A stretch of DNA of 64,000 nt, from assembly GCA_038143065.1 (NCBI GenBank), contig JAYQLI010000035.1, positions 640,001 to 704,000 on the forward strand, read 5' to 3'. Shown here piece after piece: positions 10,888 to 20,988 of this stretch (within the stretch, counting starts at the first letter, position 1; every line of letters begins with the position of its first letter). Made by a program: the position numbers and the translations under genes. The DNA comes from Rhodospirillales bacterium. GTDB taxonomy: Bacteria; Pseudomonadota; Alphaproteobacteria; Bin95. The notes below the pieces were generated by a model. The model saw nothing but the letters and a program-made list of their open reading frames with translations. It made no database searches and was not told the DNA's origin.

Positions 10888-11079
10888 CAATAATATCTCC
10901 ATTAATTTTACTTTTTTAGCCTGCAGTTACTTCAGATAAGCGTCAATGTCTCGTTCCACTCAACTGCAGCTAACAATGCGACTAAAACCATACACGTATA
11001 TTATCAAAGTACGTTTGGCCCTGATGAACAATGCTATTAGAGACTTAAGATCGTAAAGAAATGACTTTGGAGTTCTGGT

Positions 11080-11235
11080 GTGTCCAAAATTCGTCGAAAA
11101 TCAGACCTTCCATCAAAGACATGCAAGGTTTGTGGCAGACCATTCAGCTGGCGTAAGAAATGGGAAAAGGTTTGGGATGAAGTAGTTTATTGTTCAAAGC
11201 GCTGCGCATCGAATAGAGCCAAATCAGGACAGTAA
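11080..11235 (+). CDS. DUF2256-family small Cys-rich protein (51 aa; absent from the ORF track)
   Basis: Hand translation from GTG gives MSKIRRKSDLPSKTCKVCGRPFSWRKKWEKVWDEVVYCSKRCASNRAKSGQ*, matching the LP.K.C..C.RPF.WRKKW...W..V.YCS.RC signature. Confidence 0.88.
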   Translation: MSKIRRKSDLPSKTCKVCGRPFSWRKKWEKVWDEVVYCSKRCASNRAKSGQ

Positions 11236-11763
11236 TTGGGATTTTAGTTTTTGTACTTGGATTGCCTACCACGATTTAGATCTAGGAGTCCCTATTTTTA
11301 GCCCTGAACATAGTAACAAAAACTAATTTCATAAAAATTACTTACTTTCTCAAAGTGCGAAGAAACACAGACCTTTTTCACGGTTTTCCATGATCATAAT
11401 GAAGCAGAGCCTAAGCTAGAAAGTCTCTCCAAGCCGCAAGCCTTCAAAAATAAGCACTGTGATAATATTGAAATGCGTATCGACGTTAAAAATACAGATC
11501 GGTCGGGCTCAGAGTTTTATAATAAAACCTTATCTTTAGCTCGTACGTCTTCGGTTGCTGATGCGATAGTTACACCATGGCTGTATTAATACACCCTTAG
11601 TGTGTCCGGAACTGGCGAAGACAAACCAGCTTATCAGACAAACAATGCGTTTCGGGAACCTAGCTACCGAAGATCACAAATTGCAATTAGTTTCATATTA
11701 AAAATTAAACAGAGATAAATCCGAGCAAAATTACGACGAATACTTTTTTTCACAGGGTTTTTC

Positions 11764-12278
11764 TTAGTTTTGAGGCCATGCTTCAAATGTGATAGTTGCT
11801 TTCGTTTCGGCATTCTCTTTCACTAATTTGTACAAAGGTCCGGTGTCCATCTTTTTACATATATCCTTCGGGATGCCTTGCCCTTTATATTTTTTACCAA
11901 GCTTTTCACACGTCAGATCGTTTCCGTAATCAATTCTGTGTTTGTGCCAATTTGGTTTCAATTGGATCGTTTTATTTGATCCAGGGAAAGAGATCTTAAT
12001 TTTTTTAGGCATTCGTTTCTCTGCTTTTCTAATCAAATTATAACAATCCCCCTCCTTTAAATTGTCAGCCCTATTCATATCGACCTCCCCAACAAAAGCC
12101 ATACGATAAGTCTCTTTCTTGCCGTCTGGGGTCTTATAATTGGTACCACTCGTATAACCACAAAGCCGACGACTACTTTGGGCGTGGAATTTTCAAAAGA
12201 AATACAGACTAAAGCGACACTGATGGTCATCGCCGTAAGCCATAAACTTGCGGATCGCTCCTTTAAAAAAAACTTCAA
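11764..12278 (-). CDS. Hypothetical secreted protein with 4 Cys (reconstructed across a frameshift near 12183)
   Basis: Hydrophobic N-terminus in 12075-12278. Adding one C gives ...ENSHA-QSSRRLCGYTSGTNYKTPDGKKETYR, in frame with 11764-12102. Start is uncertain. Confidence 0.55.
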
Positions 12279-12649
12279 AACAGAATTCCTTAAAAAACCT
12301 AAATCAACTGGTTAATAACACTGCAACTAACTAAAACGCAAAAAACAGATGGAAATCCCGCGACTTAAAGCTAAAGCCAGATTTTTGAGTTTTACTGCAC
12401 ACCAGAAAGTAGAGAGTTTACAGGCCACTCTTCGAAACAACACAGTTATATCTGCGGTAATAAAATCAATTGTTTTGCAAGGAACCAAACCAGACTAGAA
12501 ATCACTGGGTATATTGCAAACGGCGGTATCAACTCACGCTGAAAAAAAAGTGATAAAATATCAGTAGAAGACAAAACTATTAATGATCATGCATATTAGC
12601 ATCAGAAATAAATTTTTATTGATTCATCAAAACTTTGGATATGTAACAG

Positions 12650-13825
12650 ATGATAGATCAAGATCTCCCTTTCGCTGGACTAAAAGTTTTAGATATGTCT
12701 CAGGGGGTTGCTGGGCCTCATTGCGGCCTATTGCTTGCACAGCACGGAGCTGATGTAACCAAACTAGAGCCTCTTGGTGGAGATTGGGGAAGAGCTCTTG
12801 GCGTCCGTTATGGCGATTTTTGCGGATTTGGCGCGGTTTATAATCGTGGCAAGAAGTCAATTTCGGTAGATCTAAAAACAACTTCTGGTCTTGAAGTTGC
12901 AAAAAAACTAGCAGCTAAAGCTGACGTCATACTTGAGAGTTTTCGACCCGGTGTAATGGCTCGTTTTGGTCTGGATTATGAAACTGTATCTGCTGTTAAT
13001 CCATCGGTTGTTTACATGTCCGTTTCTGGCTATGGGCAGCAAGGGCCATATAGCAAACAACCGGTTACTGACTCAGTTATGCAGGCATTTTCTGGTCTTA
13101 TGAGCGTCAATAAAGACGCCAACGGTAATCCGCAAAGAATTGGCATTATTGCAGTTGATGTTCTCACAGGGCTTTACGGATTTCAGGCCGTCAGCCCAGC
13201 ACTCTACCGACGCCTGCGCACGGGTAAGGGACAACATTTAGACATTAGCTTAATGCAATCAGCTTTATCCTTTTTATCTTCAAAAATGGTTGAACGACAT
13301 CTTCAAGGACCCGAACAACAGGTCCTGGGTGCCCCAGTTGGCACGTTCAAAACGTCTGATGGTTATATCAATATTAATGCACGAAGAGATCCACATTTTA
13401 AGGCGCTAATGGCGATGATTGGTCGTCCAGAACTAATTGACGATCCCAAATTCTCTACTGCTGAGGCACGTAATCTTAATACAGATGAGATCTCAGCAAT
13501 TATTGCTGAAGAAACGCCGAAGCAAAGCACTGAGGATTGGCTATCCAAGCTTCATGCGGAAGATATCTTAGCAGGCCGCGTCAATGACTTTCCAGATATA
13601 ATTGCTGATGAACACGTACAGGTCATCCAAGCTGTCAGGTGGACTAATCAGCCGGAGATGGGTGAAATACCATTACCTTTAATCCCTGGCGCTGCTGTAC
13701 CAGTGGCCGACAAGGCGACCTCGCCCTATCTTGGAGAGCATACATGTGTTGTCCTCAAAGAGCTGGGCTACGATGATCAAACAATCGAGCAAATGTTATC
13801 CAGTGGTGAGGCACTACAAAGGTAA
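12650..13825 (+). CDS. CoA transferase family III (CaiB/BaiF)
   Basis: GLKVLDMSQGVAGP, YNRGKKSI, ESFRPGVM, catalytic Asp in VDVLTG, SPYLGEHT. Confidence 0.92.
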   Translation: MIDQDLPFAGLKVLDMSQGVAGPHCGLLLAQHGADVTKLEPLGGDWGRALGVRYGDFCGFGAVYNRGKKSISVDLKTTSGLEVAKKLAAKADVILESFRPGVMARFGLDYETVSAVNPSVVYMSVSGYGQQGPYSKQPVTDSVMQAFSGLMSVNKDANGNPQRIGIIAVDVLTGLYGFQAVSPALYRRLRTGKGQHLDISLMQSALSFLSSKMVERHLQGPEQQVLGAPVGTFKTSDGYININARRDPHFKALMAMIGRPELIDDPKFSTAEARNLNTDEISAIIAEETPKQSTEDWLSKLHAEDILAGRVNDFPDIIADEHVQVIQAVRWTNQPEMGEIPLPLIPGAAVPVADKATSPYLGEHTCVVLKELGYDDQTIEQMLSSGEALQR

Positions 13826-13840
13826 TAGAAGGCCGCTTTA

Positions 13841-15621
13841 ATGACTGAACCAGCTCACGATCTTGGTGATCTTCCAAATTGGGACCTAACCGATCTTTAT
13901 TCTGGGATAAATGATCCGAAGCTAGAAGCGGACCTGTCTGAGTGCGGTGGGCGTTCAGCAACATTTGAAAAAACATGGAAAAGTAATCTTATTGGAATAG
14001 ACGCTAAGTCTTTAAAGCAAGCTATAGTCGAATATGAAGCGATTGATGAAATATTATCGAGGATAATGAGTTTTGCAGGCCTGCTTCATGCAGGCGATCT
14101 ATCAGATCCCGCACGTGGTCAGTTCATGCAAAACATGAGCGAACGTGCCACCGATATCGCATCAAAATTAGTGTTTTTTGAGTTAGAAATTAATCAATTC
14201 TCGGAGGAAGCAATTTCAGCTCTTATTAGCGATCCAGAATTGTCTCCTTATGGTATCTGGTTAGACCAGCTTAGCCGATGGAGGGCGCACCAACTTTCAG
14301 AGGAAATGGAAACCTTCATTCAAGAAAAGGCTTCAAGTGGCAGGCAAGCATGGAACAGGCTTTTGATGAAACTATGGCCGACCTGCGTTTTGTTGTCTCT
14401 GGCCAGACGCTAACTAACGCTGAAGCTCTTAACCTCCTCTCCTCACCGATTAGACAGCAACGTAAAGAAGCTGGCGAAGCAATTGGTACCACACTGAAAG
14501 AAAATTCTCGTATTTTTACGCAAATTACAAATACGCTGGCTAAAGATAAGTTTGTAGAAGATAAATGGCGCAAATACACTCGACCAATATCATCCCGTAA
14601 TCTTTCTAATCAGGTAGAAGATGAGGTTGTCGACGCCTTAGTTGAAGCTGTGCGCAGTTCTTATAGCCAACTCTCCCATCGGTATTACTCAATTAAGGCA
14701 AATTGGTTTGGTGGCGAGCGGTTGGAATATTATGATCGCAACGCTCCTCTGCCAGATAGCGTAGAGCGTAATATTCCATGGTCAGAGGCAGAGCACATCG
14801 TACTTGAAGCCTATGATGCGTTCAGCCCAAAGCTAGCTGATGTAGCAAGGCCTTTTTTTGAAAACTCTTGGATCGATGCGCCCACTCGAGCGGGTAAGAG
14901 TCCAGGTGCTTTTGCGCACCCGACCGTTCCCTCTGCACATCCTTACCTGCTCTTAAATTATCAGGGCAAGACCCGTGATGTGATGACTTTAGCTCATGAG
15001 TTAGGTCATGGTGTGCATCAAAGGTTAGCGGCGTCGCAAGGGCACTTTCTATCGAATACACCTCTCACTTTAGCTGAGACAGCATCTGTATTTGGGGAAA
15101 TGTTAACCTTTCAGAAATTACTGAAAGATGCTGATCCTAAAACAAAGAAAGCGCTTCTCGCCGGCAAGACTGAGGATATGTTGAATACGGTAATCAGGCA
15201 GATTGCCATGCTCATGTTTGAAATTAATCTGCACAATGAACGAAAAAATGGCGAGCTATCTACTGACCGAATTTGTGAAATATGGATGGAAACACAAACC
15301 GAAAGTCTAGGCCCGGCACTAAATTTCGATGATGGCTACAAATATTTTTGGTCCTATATCCCACATTTCATTCATTCACCATTTTATGTCTACGCTTATG
15401 CTTTTGGTGATTGCCTCGTTAACGCCCTCTACGCTGTCTATCAGGATAGCGAAGCGGGATTTGCCGATCGTTATCTAGAAATGCTCGCGGCAGGTGGATC
15501 AAAGGGACATAAAGAGCTCCTCTCACCCTTTGGGTTAGATGAATCTGACCCAGATTTTTGGAAACGTGGGCTTAATGTGATTGGTGGGTTTATCGACCAA
15601 TTGGAAACGATAGATGGTTAA
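13841..15621 (+). CDS. pepF: M3 family oligoendopeptidase F (frameshift near 14362)
   Basis: LPNWDLTDLY N-terminus, GKSPGAF, zinc motif TLAHELGHG, HF...PFYVYAY. Confidence 0.9.
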
Positions 15622-16954
15622 CGAAGACGGTTTTACGAGCCGAGCCAAACGTTTTGCCAGGACAACACGAACTGTTGGTGGGCTTGCTGCAAAACTAGCA
15701 AGCGAGCGCTACCTTGGGCGTACTATTAATAGAGAAATTCACGCCAGTGAGCTCCGTGAGGCGATCGGTAACCTTAAAGGCCCTTTAATGAAAGTTGCTC
15801 AAATTTTAGCAACAATTCCCGACGCCATACCAGAAGAGTACGCAGAAGAGCTTCGGCAATTACAAGCTGACGCGCCCTCCATGGGTCCGCCATTTGTTCG
15901 GCGCAGAATGGCTGGTGAATTAGGCCCAGAATGGCGTTCTAAATTTAATACTTTTGATCTCAATGCAGCTCACGCGGCTTCTCTTGGCCAAGTACACAGA
16001 GCTTCTCTGTTTGATGGGCAAGATGTGGCAGTAAAGTTACAGTACCCTCAAGTGTCAGCCGCAGTGGAAGCAGACCTAAAGCAACTTCGTCTGATCATTT
16101 CGGTTTACAAACGTTATGATAGCGCCATCCAACCAGAACATATTCAGGAAGAAATAGCCGACAGGCTTCGGGAAGAGCTGGATTACGGCCTCGAAGCCCA
16201 TCACATGGCCTTCTATAACAATATTCTGAGTGATGTACCCGGCGTCCAAACGCCAATTTCAATACCAGAGCTGTCGACAAGCCGGCTTCTCACCATGTCC
16301 TGGCTTACCGGCAGTAAACTTGTTGATTTAATCGATAAACCAGTCGAAATAAGAAATACCGTGGCGGAGAATATGTTTAGGGCGTGGTACGTGCCTTTCT
16401 ACAAGTATGGCGCCATCCACGGCGACCCCCATCTTGGAAACTATTCCGTAACGAATGATTTCCAGGTCAATCTTTTAGATTTCGGCTGCATCCGTATTTT
16501 TCCACCAAGCTTTGTTTATGGCGTTATTGAGCTGTATCTTGCGCTTAAAGATAAGGACAGAGACCGAGCTGCAGCAGCTTACGCAGCTTGGGGCTTTGAA
16601 AACTTATCCAATGAGCTCTTAGACGTATTGAATATATGGGCTAATTTTATTTATGCACCGCTCTTGGAAGATAAGGTGCGCAAAATTCAAGATAGTGATA
16701 GCGGCCATTACGGTGCTGAAGTAGCCCAAACCGTCCATAAAGAACTTCGACGCCTAGGCGGCGTAGCACCACCCCGTGAATTTGTGCTTATGGATAGAGC
16801 TGCAATTGGCTTAGGCTCGGTGTTTATGCGCCTCAAGGCAGAACTTAATTGGGCAGAAATGTTCCAAAACCTGACAACTGATTTCAATATAGATGTGCTA
16901 AAGCAGCGTCAGGAAGAAGCTCTATCTGCATCTGGCCTATCAAAGCATCATTAA
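15614..16954 (+). CDS. ABC1/UbiB/AarF-family atypical kinase
   Basis: KVAQ, AASLGQVH, VAVKLQYP, HGDPHLGN and DFG motifs. Confidence 0.9.
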   Translation: MVNEDGFTSRAKRFARTTRTVGGLAAKLASERYLGRTINREIHASELREAIGNLKGPLMKVAQILATIPDAIPEEYAEELRQLQADAPSMGPPFVRRRMAGELGPEWRSKFNTFDLNAAHAASLGQVHRASLFDGQDVAVKLQYPQVSAAVEADLKQLRLIISVYKRYDSAIQPEHIQEEIADRLREELDYGLEAHHMAFYNNILSDVPGVQTPISIPELSTSRLLTMSWLTGSKLVDLIDKPVEIRNTVAENMFRAWYVPFYKYGAIHGDPHLGNYSVTNDFQVNLLDFGCIRIFPPSFVYGVIELYLALKDKDRDRAAAAYAAWGFENLSNELLDVLNIWANFIYAPLLEDKVRKIQDSDSGHYGAEVAQTVHKELRRLGGVAPPREFVLMDRAAIGLGSVFMRLKAELNWAEMFQNLTTDFNIDVLKQRQEEALSASGLSKHH

Positions 16955-17018
16955 ATTCATCATCGCAATTATTCATTATTCACGTTAGGCTTCCTCGTAT
17001 CATTTGGGAAAGCAGAAA

Positions 17019-17888
17019 ATGAAATTTGGGCTTAGATACTGTAATACCGGTCGCTATGTGGATCCAATCAAAGCAAAAGAACTTCTTCAGGCAGGGGAAG
17101 AGGCAGGCTTCGAGAGTTCCTGGACGGTAGAACACACAGTTGTGCCTGGTGGATACGCCTCTTCCTATCCATATTCCCAAGATGGTCGAATGGCTGGAGG
17201 TAAGAATGATATTCCTCTCCCAGACCCCTTAATTTGGATGGCTTATGCCGCGGCTTGGACTACAAAGATTAAGCTTGGCACCGGAATCTTAATCCTACCA
17301 CAACACAATCCGGTGGTAGCAGCCAAACAGATAGCAACTCTCGATAATATGTCCGGCGGTCGAATTCTGCTCGGCATATGCGTTGGGTGGCTTAAAGAAG
17401 AATTCGAAGCGATTGGAGTTCCTTTCGAAGACCGCGGTCGCAGAACAGATGAATACGTCCATGCATTGCGTGAATTATGGTCAGCAGAATCTCCAACCTT
17501 CAAAGGGGAATTTACATCATTTGAGAATGCTTATTGCCGCCCGCAACCAACCAATAAGACTGTTCCAATAATAATTGGAGGGCATTCAAAAGCGGCGGCA
17601 AGAAGAGCTGGTCGACTAGGAGATGGCTTTTTCCCAGCAAGAGGTGCATCAGAGGAGCTGATAGATCTTGTCCGCAAAACGGCGGAAGAAAATCAACGAG
17701 ATCCAAGTTCAATTGAAGTTACGACCAGCATGCCTGATGACCTATCTGAGATCTCAAAATTGGCAAAAATAGGAGTTGGTCGAATCTTGGTGCCAGTTAC
17801 TGGCATGGCAGGATTGCCACCAGCAATACAAAGTCCAGAAGAAGCTTTGTCTTGGAAGAACAGGATTGAAGATATGGCAGGGATTTAA
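17019..17888 (+). CDS. LLM-class (luciferase-like) oxidoreductase, F420-dependent Rv2161c-like subfamily
   Basis: EH.VVP..Y.S.YPY, DPLIWMA, IKLGTGILILPQHNP, AARRAGRLGDG. Confidence 0.8.
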   Translation: MKFGLRYCNTGRYVDPIKAKELLQAGEEAGFESSWTVEHTVVPGGYASSYPYSQDGRMAGGKNDIPLPDPLIWMAYAAAWTTKIKLGTGILILPQHNPVVAAKQIATLDNMSGGRILLGICVGWLKEEFEAIGVPFEDRGRRTDEYVHALRELWSAESPTFKGEFTSFENAYCRPQPTNKTVPIIIGGHSKAAARRAGRLGDGFFPARGASEELIDLVRKTAEENQRDPSSIEVTTSMPDDLSEISKLAKIGVGRILVPVTGMAGLPPAIQSPEEALSWKNRIEDMAGI

Positions 17889-17998
17889 TCTGAAAGAAGT
17901 TAATCAAAGGTTCTTTGATTATAGTGCTTTAACCAATTTTAAATTGTGGAACATTGCGCCGCCTCGCTTTGGCGCTAACTCCATGCTAGTGCGAAAAT

Positions 17999-18709
17999 AT
18001 GAAAACACCTGTGATTGGCATAACAGCAGATCTAGAAGAGACTGGTGGCTACTCCGCTCTGCCTTGGTATGCTTTACGACAAAACTATGCGTCCTCAATA
18101 ACTCGCGCTGGCGGAATACCTATAATTCTGCCTCATGAGATGTCTCTTATAGATAGTTATCTCAACCTCATTGATGGCCTTATGGTAACTGGCGGAGCCT
18201 TTGATGTAGATCCCGCACTGTTTGGAGAAAGTACACAGCATTCTTCTGTTACTCTTAAGCGAAACCGCACAAATTTTGAGTTAGCGATTACAAAGCTAGC
18301 CCTCCAGAACAATCTTCCAGTTTTAGGGATTTGTGGTGGCCAACAGCTCCTTCACGTTATTTTGGGGGGAGCGTTACATCAGCACATTCCAGATGAAGCT
18401 CCCAGTAACATTGAGCATGAACAAAGAAATCCAAGGACAGAGCCAGGCCATGATGTATTGGTTGTAGAAAACACGATGCTGTCCAGGATAACTGGAATGC
18501 AAAGATTTCCTGTCAATAGCGCGCATCACCAAGCAGCAAAGAACTGTCCTGAAGGTGTTATAATATCTGCCTATGCCGAGGATGGCTTAATAGAAGCTAT
18601 CGAAGCCCCCTCCTACAAATTTTGTATGGGCGTACAATGGCACCCAGAATATAGGATTAGTCCAGCCGACGACGCTATCCTGGCATCATTTGTAGAGGCA
18701 ACAAGATGA
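17999..18709 (+). CDS. Class I glutamine amidotransferase, peptidase C26 / gamma-glutamyl-GABA hydrolase family
   Basis: PVIGIT, LGICGGQQ nucleophile, VNSAHHQA, GVQWHPE. Confidence 0.9.
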   Translation: MKTPVIGITADLEETGGYSALPWYALRQNYASSITRAGGIPIILPHEMSLIDSYLNLIDGLMVTGGAFDVDPALFGESTQHSSVTLKRNRTNFELAITKLALQNNLPVLGICGGQQLLHVILGGALHQHIPDEAPSNIEHEQRNPRTEPGHDVLVVENTMLSRITGMQRFPVNSAHHQAAKNCPEGVIISAYAEDGLIEAIEAPSYKFCMGVQWHPEYRISPADDAILASFVEATR

Positions 18710-19464
18710 GTCCTGAACTAGAAAAAGAACGTATTGCAAAACGCATTGCTCGTGCTGGGGTAGCCTCTCGTAGAGACGCAGAAGCGATGATTATGGCAGG
18801 AAGAGTTGTTCTCAACGGAGAGAAACTTAAAACAGCCGCAACTCTGGTAAACGATGCCGACACGATACTTATTGATGGGAAACCATTAAATAAACCCGAG
18901 AGAACACGCCTCTGGCGTTATAACAAACCCAAAGGGCTAGTCACGACAAATCGAGATGAGCGTGGACGCATTACTATTTTCGATAAGCTCCCCAGCCATC
19001 TACCGCGTATAATGACAGTAGGCCGTCTCGATCTCACTTCTGAAGGATTATTACTTCTTACTAATGATGGAGGGTTGGCGAGAGCTCTTGAACATCCATC
19101 AAGAGCATGGACGAGACGATACAGAGCTAGGGTGTTTGGTCTACCAACCCCTAACGCATTGGCTGCACTAAAAAACGGTGTCACTGTAGACGGTATTACC
19201 TTTGGTTCAATTAGCGCAGTGGTTGAAGAAGGCGACAAGAATGCCGGACGTTCCAATATTTGGCTTTCTGTAACTCTAAAAGAAGGTAAAAATCGTGAAG
19301 TTAGAAAGGCACTCGAATTTGTCGGGCTCCCAGTATCACGCTTGATAAGACCCGCTTATGGACCTTTTCAATTAGGAAAGCTTCAACCAGGAGAAGTCTA
19401 GGAAACCCCAACAAAGGTTCTTAAAGAACAGCTCGGCTCGTCTGCATCAGAATTTAAATTTTAA
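18706..19464 (+). CDS. rluB: RsuA/RluB-family pseudouridine synthase (in-frame TAG at 19399-19401, probably an error)
   Basis: S4 domain RIAKRIARAGVASRR, VGRLDLTSEGLLLLTNDG, EGKNREVR. Frame stays open after the TAG to a TAA at 19464, just before rsmD. Confidence 0.85.
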
Positions 19465-19466
19465 AT

Positions 19467-20027
19467 ATGCGGATTATTGGAGGTATCCATAAAGGACGGA
19501 TCATTGCAGCACCTCAAGGCATGAAAGTTCGTCCGACAACGGATAGAGTCCGACAATCAATGTTTAATGTCCTTGAACATGGTAAATTTTCTGGCATTGG
19601 AAATCCTATAAAGGGGGCCACAGTCTTAGACGCATTCTCTGGAACGGGAGCTCTTGCCATTGAAGCTTTGTCCAGAGGCGCAGCCTCGGCGACGTGCATG
19701 GATATTGATCAAAGCTCTTTGCAGCAAATTGAAAAAAATGCTGCTAGTCTCTCTGAAACACAACGTCTCCAAGTCATTTTAAGTGACGCCACAAATCCTC
19801 CTAAAGCGATAGCTTCTGCAAGTCTAATTTTTCTTGACCCGCCCTATGGCCTTGGTCAGGTTGAAGTGGCTCTAAACGCCCTTCGCGACGCAAATTGGAT
19901 ATCTAAAAACGCGATTGTCGTGGCAGAAACCGGAGTTAAGGAAGACTTATCAATAATTGATGGGTTTCTCACTTTAGATCGCCGTAAATACGGGAAAATA
20001 GCAATAACTTTTCTTCAAGCTTCTTGA
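19467..20027 (+). CDS. rsmD: 16S rRNA m2G966 methyltransferase
   Basis: MRIIGG..KGR, RPTTDRVR, LDAFSGTGAL.IEALSRGA, DPPY. Confidence 0.93.
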   Translation: MRIIGGIHKGRIIAAPQGMKVRPTTDRVRQSMFNVLEHGKFSGIGNPIKGATVLDAFSGTGALAIEALSRGAASATCMDIDQSSLQQIEKNAASLSETQRLQVILSDATNPPKAIASASLIFLDPPYGLGQVEVALNALRDANWISKNAIVVAETGVKEDLSIIDGFLTLDRRKYGKIAITFLQAS

Positions 20028-20082
20028 TCTGTTGCAATTGAGAGAGCAGTCCGACCGCAGGACTGGATGCGATCAACAAATC

Positions 20083-20775
20083 TTAATTTTTAAAACGTGA
20101 CTTTAGCTCCATTAAGACTTCATCAAGCGGTTCTACATCAGCCATTTTCATATCCATATCGAACATATTAGCTCGATGCACCTGGAGTGATCTATCGCCA
20201 CAGCAATCCTCAATTACGGTAACCCTGAAGTTGTGATTAAAGGCATCAAGAGCTCCGGCCCTCACACATCCCGAAGTAGAAATTCCAACAATAATGACAC
20301 TGTCGATATCTGCGTATCTTAACCAGCTTTCTAAAGGCGTCGCAAAAAACGGGGAAGGTTTGTTTTTTAGAACAATTACATCCTGCTCACGTGGCCCATA
20401 AGCCTCTGGCCACTGATCTGCGTTAGGGTCAGATGTGTATTGATATGTGTCCGCTGTACCTAATTTCAGGTTCCAAACACCTCTCTTCGTAGGATGGCTA
20501 CGATCATCACGCCGGCTATAGAAGATGGGCAAGTTAAGGTCACGAAACGCATCAGTTACTTTTACCAAGTTGTTGATTAATCGATCATCACGTTCAGCGC
20601 ACATATCATATTTTGGGTCTACGAAGTTATTCGTAGTATCGATATTCAAAAGAGCTGGTCGAGAACCTATACCAATCTTCTCCCCAAAACCCGCCTTCGC
20701 GTATGCCTGCATCTCCTGTTCATCTATCAAATCGGCCCATCTTTGCAGTTTTGCATTTGGGATTTTCGACATCAA
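20083..20775 (-). CDS. Isochorismatase-family cysteine amidohydrolase (N-carbamoylsarcosine/maleamate amidase-like)
   Basis: RPALLNID, K..PSPFF and STSGCVRA, giving the D-K-C triad. Confidence 0.88.
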   Translation of the reverse strand: MMSKIPNAKLQRWADLIDEQEMQAYAKAGFGEKIGIGSRPALLNIDTTNNFVDPKYDMCAERDDRLINNLVKVTDAFRDLNLPIFYSRRDDRSHPTKRGVWNLKLGTADTYQYTSDPNADQWPEAYGPREQDVIVLKNKPSPFFATPLESWLRYADIDSVIIVGISTSGCVRAGALDAFNHNFRVTVIEDCCGDRSLQVHRANMFDMDMKMADVEPLDEVLMELKSRFKN

Positions 20776-20988
20776 AATGTCCTTCTAAAAGCTAGGAATT
20801 TAAAGATATGACCGATTATGTGTCTCAAAATTTTTAAAAGTCTAAAAGATCAACAACTTCTACTAAACTCAACGAGATAGTCTTTAACATTCCACATTTA
20901 GACCAGGCAAACTGAACACATCTTATATTTTAAGTTAAACTAATGAACCTCTTTATGCACAAAAATGATACGTCTATAGGGCTAAAAA

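Noticed and set aside
12619-12630. FNR-like site TTGAT-TC-ATCAA upstream of the CoA transferase
   Set aside because: Spacer is 2 bp rather than the required 4, and a short AT-rich palindrome can arise by chance.
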